From an uncultured Chroococcidiopsis sp. (lineage in GTDB: Bacteria > Cyanobacteriota > Cyanobacteriia > Cyanobacteriales > Chroococcidiopsidaceae): a DNA stretch of 64,000 nucleotides. Made by a program: the position numbers and the translations under genes. Of the stretch, positions 28,619 through 39,360 are shown in pieces. The DNA lies in contig CAXTYC010000004.1 of the NCBI GenBank assembly GCA_964248365.1, positions 1-64,000 of the forward strand, written 5' to 3'. How positions within the stretch are numbered: the first letter of the stretch is position 1; each line of letters starts with the position of its first letter. The notes below the pieces were generated by a model. The model had not been told where the DNA came from and made no database searches. It saw only the letters and a list, made by a program, of their open reading frames with translations.

Positions 28619-29234
28619 ATGTCTATCTTTGTTAGGGAGAGTGTAACTTATATATTTACCCTAGATGATAGACTCATGCCTTGGCTTTACCAGCATAAGA
28701 CATAGGCGAACCTTCAGCCACATTCGGTACTCAATATGCCACTCATGCCCATCAAGTACTTCACCCCAGCTATTTAACCATAGTGTTACTGGGGCAAAAA
28801 ACTACTACTGTGCGAAAGATGTCATCATCATTATGAGTATAGTTAACGCGCCAATCAAAGTAAGCAGTGAACCCCAACTGACTGACTGTTCTGTCACCTG
28901 CTGCAATGCATTTTTAAATACGTTATTGCGAAGAGCCATGTGAATACCTTCAAATCTTTACTATACTTAGACTCTACCTCAAATATGGATATTAAATTTA
29001 GACAGAAATAAAAGTTAAAGGTACGGGGATCAATTTAATCAGGATGGGGAGCAATTTTATTAGAATTTGGCTAAGCGTAGCAATTTATTGTCAAGTGGGC
29101 ATTGGTGGCAAGGGTTAAGGGAATTAGGCGGATATATTTTGGCTAACTGTAAGAATTTATTGTCAGGTGGGCGGAGTTGTGGTACTCCACCACAACGGAG
29201 AGATTGCCCACCCTACGATTGGAACGAGACAAAG

Positions 29235-30428
29235 CTATTTTTTCAGTAGTAAATAATATAGATGTCCTCTGCTGCCTGTGATGCCAGCGCGATCGCCAGC
29301 TTGCTTACCAGTTCCCATGAAATAGTCTACCCTTCCAGGTCCTTTAATGGCGCTGCCTGTATCCTGGTCAAGCACGTAGCGGCTAACGCTACGATACTCC
29401 ATCTGACCATAGTCATTGGAATAAGGCAAATCAGTGTGCATCAGTGCTAAAGCACCAGGAGGCATCAAAGATTTATCTGTGGCAATTGATCTTTCTGCTG
29501 TAATTGGTATTCCCAAGCAACCTGTGGCTGGTTCGCCATTAGTTTCCCGAAAAAACACAAAACCACGATGGCGCGGTAGATAGTTACTCAATTCAAATGG
29601 ATGTTGGATGAAATAATTAATCATCACAGGTAGCGTCAAACCAGCCAGCGGTAACTTGCCATCTTTTGCCAGTTCTTTACCAATGCTGGTGTAAGGATAA
29701 GCTGTCTTACCTGCGAAACCTAAACTCAGCATCCTACCATCAGGCAGCATGACTCTGGCAGAACCTTGAATTTGTGCCAGGAATGCTTCGAGGCGATCGC
29801 GCAGCCAAACTATTTCCAATCCATGCAAGCGGCTTTTCGCCCCCAATAAACCATCCTTGCCTTCCAATTGCATTCTGGTAGGTTGGGGTTTACGCCATCG
29901 ATCAAAATTACCAGGTAATCGATAGAGGGGATAGCGATATTCTGCTGTTGGTACACGACTTGCCTGATAGATTGGCTCATAGTAGGAGGTAAATAAAACA
30001 TCTCCCTTACCGTCTTTCCCTGGAGACTGATAAAAAGCAAACTCGTTTTTTACTGATGCTTGTAGTTCTTCTGGGGTGCGCGATCGGATCACCAATTGCC
30101 GAAAGCGTAGTAAACTACGTTGGACGCGATCGCGTGTTATTCCCTTGACTGGATATCTCCGGTAAGCTCTAGCAGCAGCAGGCGATTCTATATAACGCAG
30201 ACTATTATCAACCGACTTTAACATCGCTCGCCAGTCGCCAGATTTGCCATTCTCGCCCCAAATCTGCTCATCCAAGCCCAAATCATCTGATCGACAACAA
30301 GTTGTATCCTGATTTTTTGCTACTAAAAATTGTAACGGTGCTGTACGGGCGATCGATGGCAAGAAAGAAGGTATCGTCACTCCCACACCAAGAACCATCA
30401 AAGCAATTTTCTTTCTCATCAGTCTCAC
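29235..30428 (-). CDS. mltA: Membrane-bound lytic murein transglycosylase A
   Basis: FTSYYEP, QIQGS, YTSIG, SIATD, QDTGSAIKG.GRVDYF.G; probable start ATG 30419. Confidence 0.9.
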   Translation of the reverse strand: MRLMRKKIALMVLGVGVTIPSFLPSIARTAPLQFLVAKNQDTTCCRSDDLGLDEQIWGENGKSGDWRAMLKSVDNSLRYIESPAAARAYRRYPVKGITRDRVQRSLLRFRQLVIRSRTPEELQASVKNEFAFYQSPGKDGKGDVLFTSYYEPIYQASRVPTAEYRYPLYRLPGNFDRWRKPQPTRMQLEGKDGLLGAKSRLHGLEIVWLRDRLEAFLAQIQGSARVMLPDGRMLSLGFAGKTAYPYTSIGKELAKDGKLPLAGLTLPVMINYFIQHPFELSNYLPRHRGFVFFRETNGEPATGCLGIPITAERSIATDKSLMPPGALALMHTDLPYSNDYGQMEYRSVSRYVLDQDTGSAIKGPGRVDYFMGTGKQAGDRAGITGSRGHLYYLLLKK

Positions 30429-30679
30429 TAAAATCGTTCCACACTAGAGCTAAATACTGGTTCTACCCGAATCGCCAAAATGCGCGATGGACGCACTACC
30501 ATGTACTCTCCTTGAATGTTTTTGATTGGCACACTGATGAAGTCGTTTGAAGCAGCTTTAGGCGTGAGTTCACTACCGTACCACTTCTGAAAATCTTGAA
30601 TATCTGTAAAACGAACTTCTTCTCGGTGTCCACCTTCCAACATCAGGTGTACAAGATATTCACTTGGAGTTCTGGGCAT
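30428..30679 (-). CDS. Small conserved hypothetical protein
   Basis: 83-aa ORF abutting mltA. Confidence 0.7.
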   Translation of the reverse strand: MPRTPSEYLVHLMLEGGHREEVRFTDIQDFQKWYGSELTPKAASNDFISVPIKNIQGEYMVVRPSRILAIRVEPVFSSSVERF

Positions 30680-30922
30680 AATGACAAACGATTTTCAAAC
30701 ACATCCTGTTTATTGTCAACTACCCAGCACCAAAATGAGAATACAAGAATTCTAAAAAAGGGTAATGAATTGTAAATTATAATTTTTAATTATGAATTTC
30801 TTTTGCTTGACTACAATGAAGCCTAAAAATAATGGCAGGCTTTAAACCTTTGTAGGCTATTCATTGTGCGACACAGATATGCCATGAAGCCTGCCATTAT
30901 TTTTCTTCTCCTTCCCTCGTGC

Positions 30923-31693
30923 TTATGAAAATAAATTGAACCTAGCTAGCCCAGTTTCAATCACTTGCGGTAACATTTTATTCAGTTCTTTGCTATCGTT
31001 ATATTGCAAAGTTTGAATTTTGGGTAAATCGAAGGGAAGTTGCCCTTCCTGATCAGGACGATTCATTTGAGCTAGTAAGATTTGCTCACTGCGCTTACTT
31101 TGGATAGCAAAGCCAATTTCTACACACACATTTGGGCTAGGAATTAGCTGATGGGTTTCTTTACCTTTGATGCTAGCAATGGGTGTAGTATCCGCAATAA
31201 ACAGCAAACTCTTGCGGATATTTTGCATCAACATCCGGTTAAGCCGAAGTGGACTATCGCTCGGACGAATAGATTCTACTAAAGTTAGTGGTACGCGCGA
31301 TCGCTTATTTAAAATCTCCAGCGTCTGAGTGAGTTCATCCCGCATTGCTTCACTCGCAGCCGCATATTCAGTTTGGTGGGATAAAAAAATAATTGGCTCC
31401 AATTGAGCCATCACAGCTTGTTTGGTAAAATAAATTTCGTGGCTAATCAGATCTATATTAGAAATCGTGTAGCCACCGCTACCTTCTATATAAAATTCAA
31501 CAACTTCGCCTGATAAATAATTCTGAAACCAAGCTGATTTTTTTACCTCTTCACTATCTTCTAAAAAATCAGCCCTTAATCCCGATTTCAGCAGACTATT
31601 TTTACTCAGTCGCAAATCGTGAGAACGTTTTTCAAGCTCTTTAATCGGCTCGTACTTCTGGAGATACCAGGCTTTTAGAGCAATAATTGCCAT
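30923..31693 (-). CDS. Conserved cyanobacterial hypothetical protein with TIR/nucleotide-binding-like C-terminal half
   Basis: IFLSHQ...LFIADTT...PNVCVEIGFA...LPFDL pattern. Confidence 0.65.
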   Translation of the reverse strand: MAIIALKAWYLQKYEPIKELEKRSHDLRLSKNSLLKSGLRADFLEDSEEVKKSAWFQNYLSGEVVEFYIEGSGGYTISNIDLISHEIYFTKQAVMAQLEPIIFLSHQTEYAAASEAMRDELTQTLEILNKRSRVPLTLVESIRPSDSPLRLNRMLMQNIRKSLLFIADTTPIASIKGKETHQLIPSPNVCVEIGFAIQSKRSEQILLAQMNRPDQEGQLPFDLPKIQTLQYNDSKELNKMLPQVIETGLARFNLFS

Positions 31694-32235
31694 GTGGTAT
31701 TCATATTTAAAACAACAACACCCAAGCGGATAGCTGTGGCAAACTCCTCTCTTTAGTGATCTTACTTAGGGTTGCACTAATCCGCACTTCGGTACAAAGA
31801 AGTATAACAGAATCAGTTGCGTTGCCCCCATTTTTTAACAACTTGAGGAATTATCAACTTGCGTGGGTGTTGTTGCGATTTGACGAGACAGATTAAAATA
31901 AAACAGCTATTTTCACCTCTTAACTCGATTGTACTTGGCTGTTGAATCTGCCAGGGAAGCTTTTGTGCTTCAATTACTAGATTATCACTACTAAATGAGA
32001 GTGCAAGAGGTGTGAAACTAAACTTTACCTTTTTTCCCAATTGCATCAAGATGTTTAGTAGAAGAAAGTCCCATTAAATCTAAGGAAATAGCATTTTTAA
32101 GTCATGAGTAATTCTTTGGTGAAAGTGTTGGGTAAAATGAGTAATCACTCATGAATGTTTAAGTTTTGAAAATTCATCCCAATAAATACTCATTATCCGA
32201 GCATTTGGTGGGCGTGGGTGGCATACAAGACAAAA

Positions 32236-32718
32236 TTAACCACTGATTTCATCAATAATTGATTGCAATGCTAGTCTTTGGCGGATTTCTTGACGCACAC
32301 TCATGAGAATTTTCCCTAAGTGGTTTTGACCAGTTTTATCCCCACCACAACCCCAGAAACAATCAGTGGGTGAATTTTCGACAATTAGGTGATCGCCTGT
32401 AGAAATTAAAATAGCTTGAATGTCTGTATGAGTAAGAAACTTTGTGAGTACAGCTAGGTGCATCACTTGGGTTTTGACTTGTTCCCAGTCGGAACGGACA
32501 GTACGAGTGCGATCGCGTCCTAATGCAGCCGCCACATCTGGCGTTGGCGCAGCGTGAATTACAGGAATGACAACAGCATCGGGCGTTCCCACAAACTTTT
32601 GTGCTTGATAATAATGCTCTACCGTTGACCAGTGCGTACCCTGTAAATCAATAGGGTGGGGCGAAAAGTTAGAAAAACAGCCATAATCGTCATTTACCTT
32701 GTAAAAGTAAATAGTCAT
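32236..32718 (-). CDS. NADAR (YbiA-like) family protein
   Basis: FSNFSPH, TVEHYYQAQKF, KFLTH, D.FWG.G..GQNHLGKILM. Confidence 0.92.
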   Translation of the reverse strand: MTIYFYKVNDDYGCFSNFSPHPIDLQGTHWSTVEHYYQAQKFVGTPDAVVIPVIHAAPTPDVAAALGRDRTRTVRSDWEQVKTQVMHLAVLTKFLTHTDIQAILISTGDHLIVENSPTDCFWGCGGDKTGQNHLGKILMSVRQEIRQRLALQSIIDEISG

Positions 32719-32966
32719 TACTAAATCGCTTTTTTAAACACCACCTTTAATCATGCCCGTAGATGCCCCTGGAAGTCTCCTAGCTTATAGACAAAACCGT
32801 AAGAGGGACATGATTAGCCTTGTCTTTGGACAAGTATGCGCGAGAGGGAAAATTACGAAGCCACGAATTACAAATTATTACTAAAGTCGCCCTTACCGCA
32901 AGGCAGAAGAATTTTTTAGCTTGCAAATGCCATTGTGATAGCGAAGTCTATAAATGAGGTTTGAAT

Positions 32967-33449
32967 ATGGAAGCGAAAGGTGAACCACATCTACGGTATA
33001 GTCCGTTAATTACTGCTGGAATCTTACTCGGTTTAGGCACTGGTGGGTTATTTGATGGCATTTTACTACACCAAATCCTGCAATGGCATCATATGTTGAG
33101 CAGTGTTCGACCTGCCACAACTGTCGCCCAAATGGAGTTAAATATGGTCTGGGATGGCTTATTTGATGCTGCCACTTGGATACTAACTTTATTGGGAGTA
33201 CTATTTCTATGGCGGGCGGGTAAGCGTGATGATGTACCTTGGTCTTCAAATACCTTCTTTGGCTCTTTGCTACTAGGTGCAGGTATTTTTAACGTAGTTG
33301 AGGGATTGATTGACCATGAAATTCTTGGAATTCATCATGTCAAACCAGGACCAAATGAGTTAGCTTGGGATATCGGATTTCTCGCCCTTGGTGCTATCCT
33401 GGCTACGCTTGGCTGGATACTCGTACAGGCAGGCAAAAGAGCACTTTAG
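32967..33449 (+). CDS. DUF2243 membrane protein
   Basis: DGILLHQILQWHHM, EGLIDHEILGIHHV. Confidence 0.88.
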   Translation: MEAKGEPHLRYSPLITAGILLGLGTGGLFDGILLHQILQWHHMLSSVRPATTVAQMELNMVWDGLFDAATWILTLLGVLFLWRAGKRDDVPWSSNTFFGSLLLGAGIFNVVEGLIDHEILGIHHVKPGPNELAWDIGFLALGAILATLGWILVQAGKRAL

Positions 33450-33586
33450 CAGAGTTGCCCAGGGGCAGAGTTGCCCAGGAGAAAATCTAATCCAAGGTCC
33501 CCAAAATCCTCTCGCCTCTGGTTCCTCTAGTTCCTCTCGCCTCTGGTTCCTCTAGCCCCTAGCCCCTAGCCCCTAGCCCCTAGTTT

Positions 33587-34231
33587 ATGACATTTGGTGA
33601 ATTTGAAAAAAATAGCTGGGGTTGGCAACTTTCCCAGTTGCAACAGCAAGCAGGGGAGTGGATAGAACTTCAACTGTCGCGCTTTGGCTCAAACCTGCCA
33701 AACCTGCCAAAATGGTCTTTGCCTGGATGGTCAATAGACTTAATTCGTGTGATCGCATCGCTAATACTAGGATTAGTACTGATGAGGCTTTTTTGGCAGC
33801 TATGGCGACTGTTGCAGCCTTATCTATATTCCTTTATTTCCCCCATAGCCTCAACAACTAAAGTTACCACCTTGGTAACCCAATTATCGCCGGAAGCATG
33901 GTTCGCGCGATCGCAAACCTATTTCAGGGCTGGTAACTATCGTGAAGCTTGTCGTTGCCTGTATATGGCAATGTTGCAACGCTTGCATGATAATGCGATC
34001 GCTCCTCATCAATCTAGTCGCACCGATGGGGAATATCTGCAATTAGTGAACTCTTTACCCCAGTCCCAGTCTTATCAAACTTTGATCGCCACTCACGAGC
34101 AGTTATGCTTTGGCAATGCACAGATTTTACCAGAGACTTATGACGCTTGTCAGCAAGCCTATCAGGAGATTGATATCTCGTTTTATTCAAATAATACTCC
34201 TACACGGCAGCAGGGGGAACTGGGGGAATAA
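33587..34231 (+). CDS. DUF4129 domain protein
   Basis: YREACRCLY..L..L....SRTDGEY...HEQLCFG. Confidence 0.8.
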   Translation: MTFGEFEKNSWGWQLSQLQQQAGEWIELQLSRFGSNLPNLPKWSLPGWSIDLIRVIASLILGLVLMRLFWQLWRLLQPYLYSFISPIASTTKVTTLVTQLSPEAWFARSQTYFRAGNYREACRCLYMAMLQRLHDNAIAPHQSSRTDGEYLQLVNSLPQSQSYQTLIATHEQLCFGNAQILPETYDACQQAYQEIDISFYSNNTPTRQQGELGE

Positions 34232-34237
34232 GAAAAA

Positions 34238-35329
34238 ATGAAACGATCTAAGCGTGTGTGGTGGTTAGGTGGGATCGTCCTAGCAGTAATTATTCTAATT
34301 ACCATTATCGCAGCTCCTGGTAATAACAAGTTAGGATCTGGCTCCACCTATAACCGCGCACCCGAAGGTTATGGAGCTTGGTATGCTTTTATGCAACAGC
34401 AAGGGACGACCGTACAGCGTTGGCAAAAGCCTTTTAGCGATTTAGAAAAGTTCAAACGCCCTATCACTTTGTTACGTATTAACAGTCAGCTAAGTTTAGC
34501 TCCGCTAGAAGGGCAAGAGCGAGAATGGTTAGAAAAAGGCAATACTTTAGTAATTTTAGGCAAGTGGGGACAGGTTACACAAGCAGATTTTAGCACCTTG
34601 CCGCCAAGTGAGGTAGGCAGGATCAAAATTGACACCAGACGACGAGGACAGGTGGACGAGAAAAAAATGCTTTTGGGCGATCGCTTCGGTGCTGTAGTAT
34701 GGGTTGAAAAGATTGGTAAAGGACAAGCAATTTACTCGACCACACCCCATTTAGCAGCTAACGCCTATCAAGACTACCTGGACAACTATAAGTATTTAGC
34801 TCAACTAGTCAACTCTTCTGGTAAATCAATATGGGTAGATGAATATATTCACGGCTATAAAGATGCAGATGCAATTACTGTAGCCGAACGAGATTTGTTC
34901 ACATATTTAGCTCAAAAGCCCCTATTTCCAGCCTTAATACAAGCAGGAATACTTTTATTAGTATTGATTTGGGCGAAAAATCAGCGGTTTGGCGCTCCAA
35001 TAGCCTTAGATACACCAATAGTTGATAATAGCACCGCCTATATTGAAGCCCTAGCGCTTGTGTTGCAAAAAGCAGAATCAGGCGATTTTGTTTTGGAGAT
35101 GGTAGGTTCAGCAGAACAGATGCAACTACAAAAAGCATTGGGACTAGGGCAAATACCAGTAGATAGCCAAATACTAGTAAAAGCTTGGGTGGAACAAACA
35201 GGGCTAAAGCCCACCCAACTAGAACACCTGCTACGGCTACAATCTCAAAAACGCCGCATGAGTGACAAAGAATTACTTACCTGGCAAGGATTATGGCAAA
35301 CAGTCCGCAGTTATGTTAAACCTGTGTAG
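34238..35329 (+). CDS. DUF4350 domain membrane protein
   Basis: GSTYNRAPEGYGAW, VDEYIHG, RFG motif; typical MoxR neighbour. Confidence 0.8.
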   Translation: MKRSKRVWWLGGIVLAVIILITIIAAPGNNKLGSGSTYNRAPEGYGAWYAFMQQQGTTVQRWQKPFSDLEKFKRPITLLRINSQLSLAPLEGQEREWLEKGNTLVILGKWGQVTQADFSTLPPSEVGRIKIDTRRRGQVDEKKMLLGDRFGAVVWVEKIGKGQAIYSTTPHLAANAYQDYLDNYKYLAQLVNSSGKSIWVDEYIHGYKDADAITVAERDLFTYLAQKPLFPALIQAGILLLVLIWAKNQRFGAPIALDTPIVDNSTAYIEALALVLQKAESGDFVLEMVGSAEQMQLQKALGLGQIPVDSQILVKAWVEQTGLKPTQLEHLLRLQSQKRRMSDKELLTWQGLWQTVRSYVKPV

Positions 35330-35454
35330 TCTTTATGTTTTGGTAATTGCTAATTGGTGAAAAGGGAAAAGGGAAAAGGGTGAGGGGGCGCTCGTGCGCT
35401 CGTGCGCTCGTGCGAGAGGCGATAAATTTAGCTCCCCTTTGCTCCCCTTTGCTC

Positions 35455-35494
35455 CCCTAGCCCCTAGCCCCTAGCCCCTAGCCCCTAGCCCCTC
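35455..35494. repeat. CCCCTAG heptamer tandem repeat (STRR-type)
   Basis: About 5 tandem copies; other arrays near 33552-33584, 44489-44519, 56505-56531 and 57830-57850. Confidence 0.85.
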
Positions 35495-35496
35495 AA

Positions 35497-36447
35497 ATGC
35501 TCGAAACCCGTGACGTATTCCTTCGCCTTAACCAAGCCCTCAACTCGTTTGTTGTTGGTCAATCCGAGTTAGTGCAACAACTGCTAGTGGCGCTGTTGGC
35601 GGGTGGTCATGTAATTTTAGAAGGTGTACCAGGTACGGGTAAAACACTATTAGTGAAGGTGTTGGCGCAACTGATTGGGGCAGAATTTCGGCGCATTCAG
35701 TTAACACCGGACGTATTACCATCTGACATTACTGGTACAAATATTTTGGATCTCAATAGCCGCAGCTTTACCCTGAAAAAGGGACCTGTATTTACCCAAG
35801 TACTTTTGGCAGATGAAATTAACCGCACTCCACCGAAGACGCAAGCTGCACTGTTGGAAGCGATGGCAGAACAGCAGGTAACTTTGGATGGTGAGAGTAT
35901 ACCATTACCAGAGCCATTTTGGGTAATTGCAACTCAAAATCCTTTGGAATTTGAGGGTACTTATCCTTTACCAGAAGCACAACTAGATAGATTTTTGTTC
36001 AAGCTAGTGGTGGATTACCCAGATATTAGTAGTGAAAAGCAAATGTTGCTCAATAGTCAAGCAGGTTTTGGGGCGCGACGGCTAGATATTGCCCGCATCA
36101 AGCCTGTAGCAACGGTAGAGGTGATTTTACAGGCACGTAAGGCGGTAAAAGAGATTAAGGTAGCCCCCGCGATTGTAGATTATTTGCTGGGTTTGGTTGT
36201 GCGATCGCGTCAACATCCCGATCTCGCTTTAGGTGCTTCTCCCCGTTGTGCTGTAGCATGGTTGCAAACTAGTCTTGCGGCGGCTTGGCTGTCGGGAAGA
36301 GATTATGTCACACCAGATGATGTTAAAGCAGTAGCACCACCTCTACTACGTCATCGTCTCATCCTCAGACCAGAAAGTCTGCTAGATGGTATACAAATAG
36401 ATGGACTAATTGCTAGCTTATTAAATCAAGTACCAGTACCAAGATAA
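35497..36447 (+). CDS. moxR: MoxR-family AAA+ ATPase
   Basis: EGVPGTGKT, RIQLTPDVLPSD, DEINRTPPKTQAALLEAM, EGTYPLPEAQLDRF. Confidence 0.95.
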   Translation: MLETRDVFLRLNQALNSFVVGQSELVQQLLVALLAGGHVILEGVPGTGKTLLVKVLAQLIGAEFRRIQLTPDVLPSDITGTNILDLNSRSFTLKKGPVFTQVLLADEINRTPPKTQAALLEAMAEQQVTLDGESIPLPEPFWVIATQNPLEFEGTYPLPEAQLDRFLFKLVVDYPDISSEKQMLLNSQAGFGARRLDIARIKPVATVEVILQARKAVKEIKVAPAIVDYLLGLVVRSRQHPDLALGASPRCAVAWLQTSLAAAWLSGRDYVTPDDVKAVAPPLLRHRLILRPESLLDGIQIDGLIASLLNQVPVPR

Positions 36448-36618
36448 GCTGAGGGGGCTGAGGGAGCTGGGGAGACAAATTAACAATTACCAACTACCAC
36501 GCTAAGGATATATATATTCTGATAATCAAATAGTATTTGATATTTTTACTCGCGCTTAGGAGTACTTATTAATTACGGTAGCTTAAAAATCAAACAATTT
36601 AGGGATAATTATAATAGC

Positions 36619-37917
36619 ATGAATGAACCTAAAAGTCAAAATCATTCCTCACCCATTTGGCAGCGCATACCTCTTTACTTACAAATTCTCGTTGCCCTAA
36701 TTTTGGCTATTGGCGTGGGGATTTTACTTGGTGCAGGTAATCCGAATGCAGCAAATGCTAATTTTATCAATAACTTGGCAATTCCAGCCGAACTGGTACT
36801 GAAAGCTCTACGCGCCTTAGCTACACCGCTGATTTTGGTAGCAGTGTTGCATACTTTCTTAACTACAAATATCCCAGGTACAGCAGGAAGGCGGCTGGCG
36901 GTATTGTTGTTAACTAATACCACAGTCGCCATCTTGGTAGGGCTTTTAGTTGCAAACGTCATGCGTCCAGGTACTTGGGGGCGTGTCGCAGTCCCACAAG
37001 GAACACAATCCGCCACTCCAAACCTCGATCCTTGGTCACTGATTAAAGATGCTGTACCAGAAGCGGTTCTTAAGCCCCTAGTTGACAACAATGTTATTCA
37101 ATTAATTGTTATCGCCCTCAGTTTGGGTATAGTCCTACGTGCCATTAAAAGCGAACAAGTAGCTCAAAACAAAACAGGATTTGAGGCAATTGAGGATATA
37201 ATCGGAATTTTGTTTGAAGCGATTATCCGTATTCTGGGCTGGGTAATTGCCCTAGTGCCAATAGCCGTCTTTGGCATTGTAGCTAAAACGATCGCAACCC
37301 AAGGCTTTGCACCGTTTAAATCTTTAGCTGCTTTTATCATAGCAGTGCTGGTAGCGCTGGTGTTGCAAGCTTGCTACTACCTCACCAGAGTTAAATTTGG
37401 TTCTTGGGTGAATCCAATAAATTTCCTCGCTGGTGGTTCCGATGCCTTTTTAACAGCTTTCTCTACGTCTTCCTCAACAGTGACAATGCCCATTACATTT
37501 GAGGTATTGCAGAGAAAAATCGGCTTGCGCGAATCTTCTGCGTCTTTGGGGGCGTTAGTTGGTGCAAATTTCAACAATGATGGTACTGCGTTATATGAGG
37601 CGATGTCTGCATTGTACATCTCGCAAGTACTAGGGCAACATCTAAATTTGATACAGCAGTTGATTGTCGTCCTCACATCAATTTTTGCATCTGTGGGGGC
37701 TGCTGGTATTCCCAATGCAGGATTGGTAACGATGACATTGGTATTTACTTCCGTCGGATTACCAACAGAATATATAGCCATACTAATTACAGTTGACTGG
37801 TTTCTTGATCGCTGTCGGACTGCGATCAACGTCATGGGAGATATGACAGTCAGTGCATTACTAGATGGTAAAAAACGTTCCCTAGAACAGCAAGAAGATA
37901 GGGCTAAAGTCGCTTGA
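36619..37917 (+). CDS. Dicarboxylate/amino acid:cation symporter (DAACS/GltP family)
   Basis: AFSTSSS, NNDGT, ASVGAAGIP, DWFLDRCRTAINVMGD. Confidence 0.92.
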   Translation: MNEPKSQNHSSPIWQRIPLYLQILVALILAIGVGILLGAGNPNAANANFINNLAIPAELVLKALRALATPLILVAVLHTFLTTNIPGTAGRRLAVLLLTNTTVAILVGLLVANVMRPGTWGRVAVPQGTQSATPNLDPWSLIKDAVPEAVLKPLVDNNVIQLIVIALSLGIVLRAIKSEQVAQNKTGFEAIEDIIGILFEAIIRILGWVIALVPIAVFGIVAKTIATQGFAPFKSLAAFIIAVLVALVLQACYYLTRVKFGSWVNPINFLAGGSDAFLTAFSTSSSTVTMPITFEVLQRKIGLRESSASLGALVGANFNNDGTALYEAMSALYISQVLGQHLNLIQQLIVVLTSIFASVGAAGIPNAGLVTMTLVFTSVGLPTEYIAILITVDWFLDRCRTAINVMGDMTVSALLDGKKRSLEQQEDRAKVA

Positions 37918-37930
37918 CAAATAATAAATT

Positions 37931-37955
37931 GTAGGGTGGGCAATGCCCACCTTGC
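37931..37955. repeat. GTAG-type REP-like palindrome
   Basis: GTAGGGTGGGCAATGCCCACCTTGC, near-identical to the 27782 copy. Confidence 0.65.
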
Positions 37956-38022
37956 TTAATAAATTGATAATTTAGCCAAACCATCCCCACCTTACAGTTA
38001 ATAATTTAGCATTATTCCAGAA

Positions 38023-39330
38023 ATGATTCCCGCAACAAGAGTCTACATATTATTACTATTGGGAATAGCGATCGCCCCCCTACTTGCAACTATTTGGAAT
38101 GTATCGCTAAGCATTCTAGTAACACTGCTATTTGACAGCATTGTACTAGGACTAATGATTATAGATAGTCTATTGGTACGTCGTCACCGCGTTGAAATCG
38201 CACGTCAGCTAGCACCGCGACTGTCAATAGGGCGAGATAATCCTGTCACCCTATCAGTAAAATCGGGGAAAAAACAGGCTAAATTACAAATAGGCGATCG
38301 CTACCCTACCTTATTTGGCGTATCCACACCAGCACAATCGATTTCCCTACCAGCCAACACTACCCAGGATTTAACATATACTGTTCATCCAAAGCAAAGA
38401 GGTGAGTTTGCTTGGGGGGATATTCAAGTCAGACAATTGGGACAATGGGGATTAGGGTGGGATGATTGGAAAATTCCCCAAACTCAGAAAATCAAAGTTT
38501 ATCCAGACTTGGTAGGATTGCGATCGCTCTCAATTCGTCTTACCCTCCAATGTGCTGGTTCAATTCGTAAATCGCGTCAACGGGGAATAGGTACAGAATT
38601 TGCCGAACTGCGCGAATATGGTACTGGTGACGATCTGCGTTTGATTGATTGGAAAGCAACCGCCCGTCGCAATCGTCCATTAGTAAGGGTATTAGAACCA
38701 GAACACGAGCAAACACTGATTATCTTACTCGATCGCGGACGCTTGATGACCGCTGGGGTATCTGGGTTAAAGCGATTTGACTGGGGTTTGAATGCAACTT
38801 TGGCTTTAGCCTTAGCGGGAATAACACGAGGCGATCGCCTAGGTGTAGGTGTATTTGATCGCCAGATGCATACCTGGATTAGACCAGAACGCGGTCAATT
38901 TCAATTAAACCACTTAATTGATCGCTTGACACCAATTCAACCTGTATTACTCGAATCTGATTATCTAGGGGCTGTAACAAGTGTAGTGCAACAGCAAACA
39001 CGACGGGCGCTAGTGGTGTTAATTACAGACATAGTAGATAACACCGCCTCAGCCGAACTCCTAGCAGCATTGGGAAGACTCACACCGAAATATTTACCGT
39101 TTTGCGTGACATTGCGCGATCGGCTTGTTGATAAACTGGCACATACTTCCACTAATGATATTAAAGCAGTTTATTCTCGTGCTGTCGCCTTAGATTTATT
39201 ATCTCAGCGTCAAGTAGCTTTTGCTCAGTTGAAACAAAAAGGCGTGTTGGTATTAGATGCACCAGCAGATCGAATTACAGATGAATTGGTAGATAGATAT
39301 TTGCAACTCAAAGCGCGAAATCAACTTTGA
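38023..39330 (+). CDS. DUF58 (VWA-like) MoxR partner protein
   Basis: EFAELREY..GDDLRLIDWKATAR, LLDRGRLM. Confidence 0.9.
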   Translation: MIPATRVYILLLLGIAIAPLLATIWNVSLSILVTLLFDSIVLGLMIIDSLLVRRHRVEIARQLAPRLSIGRDNPVTLSVKSGKKQAKLQIGDRYPTLFGVSTPAQSISLPANTTQDLTYTVHPKQRGEFAWGDIQVRQLGQWGLGWDDWKIPQTQKIKVYPDLVGLRSLSIRLTLQCAGSIRKSRQRGIGTEFAELREYGTGDDLRLIDWKATARRNRPLVRVLEPEHEQTLIILLDRGRLMTAGVSGLKRFDWGLNATLALALAGITRGDRLGVGVFDRQMHTWIRPERGQFQLNHLIDRLTPIQPVLLESDYLGAVTSVVQQQTRRALVVLITDIVDNTASAELLAALGRLTPKYLPFCVTLRDRLVDKLAHTSTNDIKAVYSRAVALDLLSQRQVAFAQLKQKGVLVLDAPADRITDELVDRYLQLKARNQL

Positions 39331-39360
39331 TATTTTTGACAGGAGAAGGCTTTTACTTTG

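Noticed and set aside
28640..28945. 92-aa plus-strand ORF or a possible degraded minus-strand gene
   Set aside because: No recognisable motif; minus-strand frames are broken by stops; cannot be supported
31813..32049. 78-aa minus-strand ORF
   Set aside because: Short, AT-rich intergenic frame without motif or clear RBS
33440..33586. Repeat arrays considered as a possible CRISPR
   Set aside because: 7-9 bp tandem units with no unique spacers and no cas genes; these are STRR-type repeats
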